The notes under the pieces are model-generated. The model saw only the letters and a list, made by a program, of their open reading frames with translations, ran no database searches and was not told the DNA's origin. Positions 9,725-19,353 of a stretch of DNA of 43,151 nucleotides are shown here, one piece after another. Position 1 is the first letter of the stretch. Each line of letters opens with the position of its first letter. The stretch covers positions 1 through 43,151 of the forward strand of contig JBEQLE010000033.1 of NCBI GenBank assembly GCA_040326155.1, in the 5' to 3' direction. Made by a program: the position numbers and the translations under genes. Origin of the DNA: Leptospirales bacterium. GTDB taxonomy: Bacteria > Spirochaetota > Leptospiria > Turneriellales > JAOUFE01.

Positions 9725-9975
9725 TATCGTCGCCGTCGTCTGACTTGCTGAGTCCCCATAACAAAAGAAGCCCCTTTCCCATCATCTAGTATTATACTTT
9801 TACTTATTTATTTAGTAATAAAAAAATATCGGGGGGTTAAGCGGAAAAGTCGCAGGCTTTGTAGCGGAAGGGGGGCTCCCCCTTTTTAAATTGTAACTAC
9901 CCGGTATAAAGCCAAAGCTCGCGCAATGAATCGAGAATCTTTGAAAGAAACAATTTTCTATCGTTCCGAACTTGT

Positions 9976-12156
9976 TTATACGTCAATGGCAACGGCACAG
10001 ATATCATCAAGTACGGAGCCATTGCTGGTTTCTAGTATTTTCTTGCTCATTTTTGCGATCAAATCTCTATTGGAATACTCCAATGCATGGCATAAAATTC
10101 CATAGACGCAAGTGTGGCGAAACGAGTCAAGGCCGGTTTCCATATTCTCGTAATCATAGAATATTGTGTCAGTGAATCCATCGCTATAAAAAAGGAGCTT
10201 GGTGTCTTTTTGAAGTTTAATAATTTTGTTTTTGTATGTTACCTTGTGGCCGACACTTTTTGCAAACACCCCCAGCGGCGGACCTTGAGGTGATATATTC
10301 ATAAAGTCCAGGTGCACACTTCTGGTATCTTGTGTCGTAGTTTTGCTCTTGCTCTCAGATAAAACAATGGGTGGGGGATGAGCGGCGCTTGAAAATTCAA
10401 TTTCCATTTTTGTTTTATCGATAATTCCATAAAATGCGGAAACAAAATTTCCATCTAAAAAAGAATAAAGATTTTCATTTAATAAAGTAAGAAACTTTTT
10501 AGGTGAGTTTAATATCTCATCTGAGTCTTCGTTTTTAATTGCATTCCTTATTACACCATTGATCATGACTGTAATCAATGCCGCCGTCACTCCATGGCCT
10601 GAAACATCACTGATGAATATTCCGATTTTATTTTTATCTTCTTCGAAGCGAATGATATCAAAATAGTCCCCACCAATTTGCTCCATCGGTAAATACACGC
10701 AGCCTATATTTTCATTTTTATCTAATGACGGAATCAGGCCCTTTTGAATTCTGCGTGCTTTGTCTAAATCTTTTTCGAGTAATTCTTTATGCAGATTCAA
10801 CATCTCATTGTGAAACCGTGTTTCAGCAACTTCTTTTTCCTGGTTTACATAACTAACTTGAAGTTGTTCTTTTTCTGCGCGCAGAATATTAATTCTATCT
10901 GCCAGAGCGATGCTGAGAAGAAGTGCTTCCAGGGCGACTCCACATTGCATCCCATACTCTGTAATAAAATTAATAGGCAATATTCCAGTAAATTTTAGCA
11001 TAAGGGCAAACATACCAAAGATCAGCACGCCCCAGGCTATTAAATAATACCTGGCTGGTTTATATCCACGATGTAAAAAGTATATTCCGGCAACAATCGA
11101 CAAAACTCCGCCTAATATCCCCGAAAACGCCCATGGTCCCAGAAAAATATCCATAGGCAAAAAAGCATAAAAGATCGAAGAGACTATGTAATATATCAAA
11201 AGACCACGGGCAGAGTAATACAAAAACCTCGTCTCTTTTGTCAGGTTTAAAAAACTTCCCATAAATAGAATTGTGCCTGCTAAAGAGATGTTTGAGGTGA
11301 AAAACGCAGAATAATTTTTCCACCATACCGAAGAATCTGGCCACAAAAAGTGATCGCCGTATCCCCTGTACACAGCAGTAGTAAGAGTGATTCCGGTTAA
11401 ATAGATACAGTAATAGAGAAAACTTTTATCTTTAATTCCAAAATATAAAAACGAATTGTATAAAAGCATCACGAGTAAAATCCCAAAAAATATCCCCATC
11501 ACCAGGGTCTCTATGCTTGAATTTTCATGGTAGTCTAACTCCTCCCATAAGTAAAGAGGAAGTTTAGCCAGGCCCGCATCTTGTATATAAATGTATATTT
11601 GCGCTTTCTCGCCAGGTTGTATCGATATGGGAAAGGCGGGGTTTTGTTTTTTGAAATGGAGATCGTCATAATGAACTTTTTGGCCCGCCTTAAAGCTCTG
11701 AATTTCTCCATTTTGGTGTATTGCAAAAAACTGAACATCATCAATATTGGCTAACTGAAATTCAAAAACCCAATCTGTAATATCTGTATCATTAAAAACC
11801 TGGGTTTGAAACCAATGCCCTTTGTTCGTAATTCCAAAATTCGGGATATCACCATCTGCTTTCTCAAATTCAGATGTGTCCTTTTGAGAGATCTCTTTAA
11901 ATGAAATAACTTTGGTGACTTCTGAAAAAACTAACATTTTTGATCCAACTAGTTTACCGCGATACTCACTTGTTTTCAAGGTTGGCGCATCAGACAATGA
12001 TTTACTGGCTTGTATGGGAAAAGAGCTAAAAATTAAAAATACCACTAACCATATGAAGAATATCGTCCATGGAGCAATGCCTCTTTTTAGTCTATGTAGG
12101 AGTACATTATAAATAGATAAACGAATCGAATTATAATTTACAAAAGGCAATCTCAT
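9976..12156 (-). CDS. 7TM-DISM receptor / SpoIIE (PP2C-type) phosphatase
   Basis: Extracellular DISMED2-like region, seven TM helices, IGGDYFD, ISDVSGHG, YSDGFTD, DDI. Confidence 0.93.
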   Translation of the reverse strand: MRLPFVNYNSIRLSIYNVLLHRLKRGIAPWTIFFIWLVVFLIFSSFPIQASKSLSDAPTLKTSEYRGKLVGSKMLVFSEVTKVISFKEISQKDTSEFEKADGDIPNFGITNKGHWFQTQVFNDTDITDWVFEFQLANIDDVQFFAIHQNGEIQSFKAGQKVHYDDLHFKKQNPAFPISIQPGEKAQIYIYIQDAGLAKLPLYLWEELDYHENSSIETLVMGIFFGILLVMLLYNSFLYFGIKDKSFLYYCIYLTGITLTTAVYRGYGDHFLWPDSSVWWKNYSAFFTSNISLAGTILFMGSFLNLTKETRFLYYSARGLLIYYIVSSIFYAFLPMDIFLGPWAFSGILGGVLSIVAGIYFLHRGYKPARYYLIAWGVLIFGMFALMLKFTGILPINFITEYGMQCGVALEALLLSIALADRINILRAEKEQLQVSYVNQEKEVAETRFHNEMLNLHKELLEKDLDKARRIQKGLIPSLDKNENIGCVYLPMEQIGGDYFDIIRFEEDKNKIGIFISDVSGHGVTAALITVMINGVIRNAIKNEDSDEILNSPKKFLTLLNENLYSFLDGNFVSAFYGIIDKTKMEIEFSSAAHPPPIVLSESKSKTTTQDTRSVHLDFMNISPQGPPLGVFAKSVGHKVTYKNKIIKLQKDTKLLFYSDGFTDTIFYDYENMETGLDSFRHTCVYGILCHALEYSNRDLIAKMSKKILETSNGSVLDDICAVAIDV

Positions 12157-12182
12157 TTAATGACCAAACACGAATAAAGCAC

Positions 12183-12326
12183 TCAAGAACAAGCAGAATT
12201 TACATCGGATACAAACTTTACGGCGTCGGTTGCATAAAGCAGGATATCCAAAAGATACACTTCTTCCGGGTTTTCCAGGGTAGTTTTTTCAATTAAATTC
12301 AGATTTTCGGTAATAATTGCCTGCAT
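12183..12326 (-). pseudogene. Collapsed MNT-HEPN (nucleotidyltransferase/DUF86) TA relic
   Basis: Manual translation MQAIITENL|NLIEKTTLENP|EEVYLLDILLYATDAVKFVSD resembles MNT start, MNT end and DUF86 start fused. Confidence 0.55.
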
Positions 12327-12802
12327 ATTTCAAACTGTCACTTTTATATTCCCGGTCAACATTATTTTACATCCATTCGTGAATAAAGTTGGCGACGTTT
12401 ATGTGATCAAGACTCTTTCTTTATTTGTATCGGGCTTGTCGTCGCTTACCCAGAATCATCTTCGTTATCTAACCTGCTGAGTCACCCGGACGATGTTTAC
12501 GGAACTGTTACCAACCTGAATTCTACCTATACGGTCAAAGTCTACAACTCAACTCCATATACATTTGAAAACGTAACGATAAACGGAACAAACCTTGGCA
12601 GGTTAGGCGAATTGAGTTCTACAACATCGGGGGTGAATACTCTCGACACGGATATTAAACTATTCTATCAATTGGAAACTTATTATATGGGCATTTGCGC
12701 ATATCAGGATAAAAGTTGCAGCATTTCTTTGGTCGGTAAAGGTCTACACACATATTTTATTCATGTTATAGATCTTGGAAATAGTTGCATACTAAAATAG
12801 TT

Positions 12803-12877
12803 TCAGCTTTTTCCCAGGGTACTCTTTTCGATTAAATCTACGCCTCTTTTAAAAGCTGTTTCAAGTTCTTCTTTCAA
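12803..12877 (-). pseudogene. MNT nucleotidyltransferase C-terminal fragment
   Basis: LKEELETAFKRGVDLIEKSTL. Confidence 0.6.
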
Positions 12878-13224
12878 CTTGCCACACTTCCGATACGCCC
12901 TGACTGTGAATATATTATAGTCCGAATGTGCAATAAATAAAGTTATTATTCGCGGATATTAATATTTTATGAACGAAGGTATAAATATTTCTAAGATTAA
13001 AATAAATTGTGAAAGTTCAAATATTTGCATACACAATGTACAGAATAAACCATATCGAATTTGCAGGGGTCCTATGTAATAGTAAATAGACAATATAACA
13101 GTGCGTGGTACGAAGGAAAGCTAATTCTAAGTGTGGGTCGAACAGATATGCAGCAGGGCAATGTAGTCGCATAAAAAAGTATTATTATTCCGGTCAAAAT
13201 AATAAGCTAAATTCTTAATCTTGT

Positions 13225-14127
13225 TTAATTGAAATATTTTACTTTGGTAATTTGCTCAGATATGTCCCAGAGTTTTTTAGCATCTTCTTTATTATGGGAG
13301 CCTTTACTTGAAATTATCGACACCGGAAAACCTGTCGCCATTTTGTGAGGACCATAGAAGTCTCCGCCTTTTACATCAATGCCAACGCATGCCCGAATCT
13401 GCGGCAAAGCTCCCCGGGCAGTGGTTTGAGCTATAACAGGAAGCAGAAACTTGATTACCGGAGTGTGACGGGTCAAATCTGATATCGCAGCTCCGGGGTG
13501 AGCCCCGACAACAATAGTGTCGATTTTATGTTCTTCAAATTTTCGTTGTAATTCGTATGTAAATAATAAGTTGGAGAGTTTCGAGCGGTTATATGCTTTC
13601 ATGGGAGCATATTGTTTTCCATTTTCATAAAGCAGGTTTGAAAAATCCATTTTGCCAAACCGATGTGCGCCACTACTGACATTGACCACGCGGGATTTGG
13701 GAGTTTTTATAATCAAATCAAGAAGTAGACCAGTTAACATATAAGGACCAAAGTGGTTTACCCCCATTTGACCTTCAAGACCCTCGCCTGTTAGAAAATA
13801 AGGAGTACCCATAATTCCTGCATTGTTCAACAGAACATCAATTTTTGAATGCTTTTTATGAATACCCTCTGCAAATTTTTCGATTGAGCCGAAATCCTGC
13901 AAGTCGAGTTCTTTGACTGTAATATTGCCTTTGATGTTACCGGAGTCGATCTCACTTTTTGCTTTCTTGCCTTTCTCAACCGAACGACAAGCCAGAATGA
14001 CTTCGGCCCCTTTTTCGGCAAAAGCTTTGACTGATTCAAAACCAAGACCTGAGTTTCCCCCGGTTACTATAATGACTTTTCCGGTTAAATCAGGAATATT
14101 TTCAGTGGTCCATTTATCGTTTCGCAT
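13225..14127 (-). CDS. SDR family oxidoreductase (retinol-dehydrogenase-like)
   Basis: TGGNSGLG, NNAG, YNRSK. Confidence 0.95.
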   Translation of the reverse strand: MRNDKWTTENIPDLTGKVIIVTGGNSGLGFESVKAFAEKGAEVILACRSVEKGKKAKSEIDSGNIKGNITVKELDLQDFGSIEKFAEGIHKKHSKIDVLLNNAGIMGTPYFLTGEGLEGQMGVNHFGPYMLTGLLLDLIIKTPKSRVVNVSSGAHRFGKMDFSNLLYENGKQYAPMKAYNRSKLSNLLFTYELQRKFEEHKIDTIVVGAHPGAAISDLTRHTPVIKFLLPVIAQTTARGALPQIRACVGIDVKGGDFYGPHKMATGFPVSIISSKGSHNKEDAKKLWDISEQITKVKYFN

Positions 14128-14265
14128 CCGTTAGCTCCTGCGTGACCTACCGTTTCTATTATGGATTGCGAGCGTCCAACGCTTCACCTGGATAAAAAAT
14201 CCTTCTTTCCGGTATTTTAATCACTGTTTTTTATTGATTTTGCCACAGTTCAGAAACCTATATCA

Positions 14266-14294
14266 TTGACAATAGTTTTTATATAAGTTATAAA
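14266..14294 (+). promoter_or_regulatory. Sigma70-like promoter upstream of msrB
   Basis: TTGACA-17 bp-TATAAA. Confidence 0.5.
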
Positions 14295-14583
14295 TTTCAA
14301 ACTAAAATCCAACTGTTACCATAGGCCAAAATTTCCGTTCGTGGAATTTGAAGGGCCTTGCAGTCTGACGCTTCCGCTTACGCCTGCTACGGCCTGCCGC
14401 TGAGTCTTCGCTCTATGGACCACTTACAACCTTACCCGCCACTGGGGCGATCGCTTTACGCACGACCCTCCAAAGATGTTAAATACGCTCACTGCTACTG
14501 GTTTTCAGTTTTGTGGGCGTCTGAATTCTTCATCTTTCGGCTTGCCGATTTTGTCTTAGTAATATAGTTTATAATAATACGAT

Positions 14584-15189
14584 ATGGAGAATCAAACATA
14601 TTCTAAAAAACATAGATGGACGCTACACGTTGTTGGTTATTGCCTTCTGGGTTTAGTTCTATATCTGTCTATATACAACGGCAACATTGGGGCGAATAAA
14701 TTGGGCGTCGTGCAAGAGGCATCTAATTCAACAGAATTTAATGCCTCAGAATCTCAAGCGGCAAAAGGTAAATTTATGAAACATGAAAACAACTCTGCGA
14801 AAAATCCTGTTTTAACGGAAGGAAATTATAACAACCTGAGTTCCGAAGAAGAAAGGGTGCTCTTGCAAAAGGGAACCGAAAAACCTTTTACCGGAAAATA
14901 CAACGACCACGAAAAGAACGGAATCTACGCCTGCCGCCGCTGCAACGCTGCGTTGTATCGCTCCGACTCAAAATTTAATTCACACTGCGGTTGGCCGAGT
15001 TTTGACGACGAAATAAAAGGCTCGGTGAATAGAGTCCCCGACCCGGATGGAAGCAGAACGGAAATTACCTGCGCCAACTGCGGAGCCCACCTCGGGCATG
15101 TTTTCGTTGGTGAAGGAATGACCCCGAAAAATCTGCGCCATTGTGTAAATTCCCTATCACTGCAATTTATACCTGGTACAGTAGATTAG
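14584..15189 (+). CDS. msrB: Methionine-R-sulfoxide reductase with N-terminal membrane anchor
   Basis: GTEKPFTG, CRRC, CGWPSF, CANCGAHLGHVF, RHCVNS. Confidence 0.95.
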   Translation: MENQTYSKKHRWTLHVVGYCLLGLVLYLSIYNGNIGANKLGVVQEASNSTEFNASESQAAKGKFMKHENNSAKNPVLTEGNYNNLSSEEERVLLQKGTEKPFTGKYNDHEKNGIYACRRCNAALYRSDSKFNSHCGWPSFDDEIKGSVNRVPDPDGSRTEITCANCGAHLGHVFVGEGMTPKNLRHCVNSLSLQFIPGTVD

Positions 15190-15240
15190 GAATACAAAAA
15201 AACTTCTCTATTCCTCCCCATCATGCTTTCTTTATAATGC

Positions 15241-16332
15241 CTAGTATTTATTCAGGGTTTCGAGTTTTACCGGTGTTTCCGGTGGCTGATTTTTGTATAT
15301 TTTTCTGTACCATTCATAATAAGCAAGACCTCTTGGAGCGTTATGCGGCGATCCTGGCGCGTCATAATATTCCCGGTAGCGTCCAAGCAGGTGGCCAAAC
15401 TCATGCACGGCCATCATGGCTATAATATAAACAACCCGATGTTCAGGAATCGACCCTCGGGCTTCTTGAAAAAAATCTTCGTGGGATATAAATGGAAAAA
15501 GGGTCATAGCAATCGTTCCCTGAAATTCATTATAAATACTGTTTTCTGTAATCGCTGAAGTGACTCCGCCGCGATTAATAACATAAACAGGCATCCCTTC
15601 GTCCGCGCCAGCAATAATTGAATTTGTTATTACCAAATCGGCCTCACGAATATTCATTAAAAGCGCAGACCAGTACATATACTGTTGTGTAATTTCGTAT
15701 TGCCCATCGCGCAAAGGTGTGGGCTTTAAAGTATTCGTACTTCCAATCTCATTATGTTTGCGTAAAAACTCCGCATAAAAATAATCAACGGTTTTTTTAT
15801 GTGTATTGATTTCACTTCTTTTTTCGACAGGAATATAATTTGTCACAATCTTCGGCGATCGATGTTTAATTTCATTTGAGATTGTTTCGCGTAACCTCTC
15901 GCGATCTTTATCGAGGTTTAAACGCAGGTAGTGATTTCCCACCCAAAACCGAAACGGGGGTTGCATAAACGCCTCCGAAAAAGAGGCAAAAAACGAGATA
16001 ATCTCTTTTTGACCAACCTCTTCTAACTGTATGGTATAACCCAGGTATTTTTTTACACCAATTTCAATTTCCCTGTACAACTCTTCATATTCAGAGCTGC
16101 TAAAATCGGGCAGGCGCTCATCTTGCACCCTCAAAACACGAATCTTATACGTTTTCGTTTTATCCAATGGTTTCAATTCGGGAATAGCGTTATAATATGA
16201 ATCCCACGCCGCTTCGTCCCCACTTTGCACCGACTCACGATTTAGAGACGGTATCTCTTTTTTTTTAAATTTATCGCAGTTTACAGATAATAAACATAAT
16301 GACATTAACAAAAAACAAGTCCACAACTTCAT
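15241..16332 (-). CDS. Putative zincin-like metalloprotease lipoprotein
   Basis: Signal peptide ending SVNC; HEFGHLLG motif; start after GGGGGA. Confidence 0.75.
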   Translation of the reverse strand: MKLWTCFLLMSLCLLSVNCDKFKKKEIPSLNRESVQSGDEAAWDSYYNAIPELKPLDKTKTYKIRVLRVQDERLPDFSSSEYEELYREIEIGVKKYLGYTIQLEEVGQKEIISFFASFSEAFMQPPFRFWVGNHYLRLNLDKDRERLRETISNEIKHRSPKIVTNYIPVEKRSEINTHKKTVDYFYAEFLRKHNEIGSTNTLKPTPLRDGQYEITQQYMYWSALLMNIREADLVITNSIIAGADEGMPVYVINRGGVTSAITENSIYNEFQGTIAMTLFPFISHEDFFQEARGSIPEHRVVYIIAMMAVHEFGHLLGRYREYYDAPGSPHNAPRGLAYYEWYRKIYKNQPPETPVKLETLNKY

Positions 16333-16432
16333 ACATCCCCCAGATTCTACTGTTTCTACCGTTAATATTTTACACGCTCTCTTGCCAGTCAAGAAGGAAA
16401 ATAAAGCTTCTCCTTGTTTTAACTTTTCTTTT

Positions 16433-18826
16433 TCAAAGTTTATACTTTTTAGCAAATTCAGCTTTTTGTTCTTCTAAAATAGCTTTTCCCGTTTTCGCAC
16501 CGTGTTGAAGTAACAGATCAATAATAGGAGTATCTTTAGAAGGGTATTGAGCAATATCCAGCATCGTTATATAACTGCGCATTATACTTTGAATATGGTT
16601 TATATCATCTACATGAGTCAAAAGAATTTTCACTAAATTTGTGGCGCCATTAGAAATGGCCTTTTTTATCGGTGTGTCATGCGCGGATGAATAGTGCACA
16701 ACAAGAGGATTTGGAAAATATCCACGATACAATAATTTGCTTAAAAAATAGTTATATTTTGAAAACACAGCCCAATACACCAATGGATATTCCAGATTAT
16801 GGCGCGGGGCATTTATAAGCACTTGCATAAGCTGGTGACTCCCTTTGTCAATTGCATAGGCAAGTAATTTAAAACCGACAACCAATCCGTTATTCAAGTA
16901 CTTTTTTACAACCTCCGTGTCATTCGAATCCATAGCTTTCCAGAACTTTAAATCATTTTCATTGGCTCCGGCTTCTATAAGCAACTTCATCATTTCCGCA
17001 TGACCTCCCATATAAGCATACACCAGTGGTGAATACCCTTCCAGAAGTTGGACGTCAACGTTTACCCTATATTTAATTAGTAATTTGACAAGCGGAATTG
17101 AACCTGACCTGACTGCGATAACAATTGGCACAGGACGCCCGGCATTTGGGTCCAGGCCCAACTCCAGAAGCTTCTCGATTGTTTCCATAAATTCTGGAAT
17201 ATATTTTGAATCGGCTCTAGTTCGAACCAAAGAGGAAACATAAGATGACAATAATGTGTCGCCATTATAATAAGAAGCGTTTAAATTATAACCTGCCCGC
17301 CCCATCTCATAAATCATCTGAATTTCTTTTTCATGATGTCCCATTACATCCCTATACAATAAAAATAAATTGTGTTGCTCACTAGCTAAGGGAAACCTGT
17401 TTTTCAACATCCAATCGATAATTTTATAATCACCAGACCGATAAATTACTCTATACCAGTCAATCTCATCTTTTCTTGATTTAAGTTTATCTAAAAATGA
17501 AATTTGAATTTTAAGAGAACAATTTTTAATAATTTTCCTGGCAATACGGGTAATCGTATCCTTATTCATGTCTGATGGATTCCATGTGTAAATATATTTA
17601 GACATTAAATTTTCTTTTTTTAAGCGACACGCAATCGTAGGTTCCACATCCATTATTTCAGGAATAAAAACATTCTGATCTTGCATAAATTGCACAAGCT
17701 TTGTCGCCTCCCGGGATTCATAGTAAAACTGATTCCACTCATACAATGATATAAAATTTTTCATATTAACTTTAGGAATTAATTTTAAGTATTTTTCATA
17801 ATCATTGTTATTTACCGCGTTGTATAGATCTATATGGTATTTGTTAAAACCGGATTTTGCGCCATGACCGGAAAGCAGTTTCAAGTATTTTTCAGGCTTG
17901 TATTTTCGCATCGCTAAATCGTAGGCAGTTAAACCATCTTTATTTTTATGATTCAACAACTTTGTTCGTTTACAAATAACTTCAATGAGCTCTAATTTTT
18001 TATCAACCCTCCACTCCTGGTTGTACACCCATGATATCAGTAAACGCTGCAAATATGTATTACCCATATTGTCAATTCTGTCCACATTTGCCCCATTTTG
18101 AATCAAAGTTAAAGCATTTTCTGCCCAGAAGCTCAAATCCAGAGCGTCTTTACCACCTTTGGTTTTTGCCAAAATATCTGCGCCATGTTTTATTAACATT
18201 TTCGTAGTTTGCTCATCTCTACTAAGCATCAAGGCGGTGACTCCGATATTTGTTTGCGCGTTAACGTCTACTCCTTTTACAATAAAATATTCCATCAGGT
18301 CCGGATAACGCCACGAAGCCATTACGATGTTATAACCACTTTTGGCTTTTACATGTATATTGGCTCCCTTTTGTAAAAGCAAATCTACAATATTATAATA
18401 CCCTTTGTACGCCGCCACATAAAGTGGTGTATATCCTTTGTTACCAGGATTTTCAATATTTGCCCCATTTTCAATTAAAAATTTTACAAGCTCATAATGC
18501 CCGAGATAAGAGGCGCTCAATAAAGCGCTCTCAGCACGATCGTCTATTGCATTAATATCTGCGCCATGTTCTAAAAGAAGTTTTACAGTTTCAACGTCGC
18601 CATTTGCGGCAGCTTTCAGAAGAGGCGTTTCACCCTCATCGCCTGCTTTAATATCTTTGGAATTGACATTTGCCCCCTTTTTTAAAGCGCGCAATATTCC
18701 ATCGCCATACCCATTTACGGAATGAAACAAAATTGACTCATCGGCAATAGATAAAACTTTTTTAGTATTCGCCTGCAATGAAAAATTTACCACCAGGATT
18801 AAAACGAATGAAGTGAAAAAGCGCAT
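16433..18826 (-). CDS. Secreted ankyrin repeat protein
   Basis: Signal peptide and many GxTPL..AA..G...VKLLLxxGADIN repeats. Confidence 0.93.
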   Translation of the reverse strand: MRFFTSFVLILVVNFSLQANTKKVLSIADESILFHSVNGYGDGILRALKKGANVNSKDIKAGDEGETPLLKAAANGDVETVKLLLEHGADINAIDDRAESALLSASYLGHYELVKFLIENGANIENPGNKGYTPLYVAAYKGYYNIVDLLLQKGANIHVKAKSGYNIVMASWRYPDLMEYFIVKGVDVNAQTNIGVTALMLSRDEQTTKMLIKHGADILAKTKGGKDALDLSFWAENALTLIQNGANVDRIDNMGNTYLQRLLISWVYNQEWRVDKKLELIEVICKRTKLLNHKNKDGLTAYDLAMRKYKPEKYLKLLSGHGAKSGFNKYHIDLYNAVNNNDYEKYLKLIPKVNMKNFISLYEWNQFYYESREATKLVQFMQDQNVFIPEIMDVEPTIACRLKKENLMSKYIYTWNPSDMNKDTITRIARKIIKNCSLKIQISFLDKLKSRKDEIDWYRVIYRSGDYKIIDWMLKNRFPLASEQHNLFLLYRDVMGHHEKEIQMIYEMGRAGYNLNASYYNGDTLLSSYVSSLVRTRADSKYIPEFMETIEKLLELGLDPNAGRPVPIVIAVRSGSIPLVKLLIKYRVNVDVQLLEGYSPLVYAYMGGHAEMMKLLIEAGANENDLKFWKAMDSNDTEVVKKYLNNGLVVGFKLLAYAIDKGSHQLMQVLINAPRHNLEYPLVYWAVFSKYNYFLSKLLYRGYFPNPLVVHYSSAHDTPIKKAISNGATNLVKILLTHVDDINHIQSIMRSYITMLDIAQYPSKDTPIIDLLLQHGAKTGKAILEEQKAEFAKKYKL

Positions 18827-19038
18827 ACATCATTATCGGCCTTCAAATCTAACACAATTATCAATTTCATAAAAATTATATTCTTCGGTACAGGTTTTAT
18901 ATGAGTTAAAGTACAAATAATTACAAAAACTACATTAGAGATATAAGAATTTAAAGCGACCGCAACAGTCTACCAGGACGTTCCTGATTCCATAATCTTC
19001 TTGCTGTATGAACTCACTCTTAATTTCATGTTTTCGTT

Positions 19039-19353
19039 ATGAGAAAAGAGAGTCGTTATCATCTATATTGGAAAAGAAACCTGCTCTATCTGACAGTATT
19101 ACTGTCAATCTGGTTTATCGTGTCGTTTGGGTTTGGAATTTTATTTGTCGATCAGCTGGATAAAATTCGCATCGGGGGTTTTGGACTGGGTTTCTGGTTT
19201 GCCCAGCAGGGTTCTATTTATATTTTTGTCGTTCTCATATTTATTTATGTATTCTTAATGAACCGTCTCGACAAAAAATACGATGTCGATGATGCAGAGC
19301 CCTCCGACAACACGAAAGACAAAAAAACCCTTGTAAAAGGATCATCAAAATGA
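19039..19353 (+). CDS. DUF4212 solute:sodium symporter small subunit
   Basis: YWKRNL...LGFWFAQQGSIYIFV; overlaps next gene (ATGA). Confidence 0.93.
   Translation: MRKESRYHLYWKRNLLYLTVLLSIWFIVSFGFGILFVDQLDKIRIGGFGLGFWFAQQGSIYIFVVLIFIYVFLMNRLDKKYDVDDAEPSDNTKDKKTLVKGSSK

Noticed and set aside
9829..9887. G-run/hairpin/GGGGG-CCCCC motif as another module-1 copy
   Set aside because: Similar architecture, but the conserved flanks are missing; too weak to assign.
13091..13180. Possible attC relics (ATATAACAG, GTCGCATAAA)
   Set aside because: Only short single-arm matches with no paired GTT arm.
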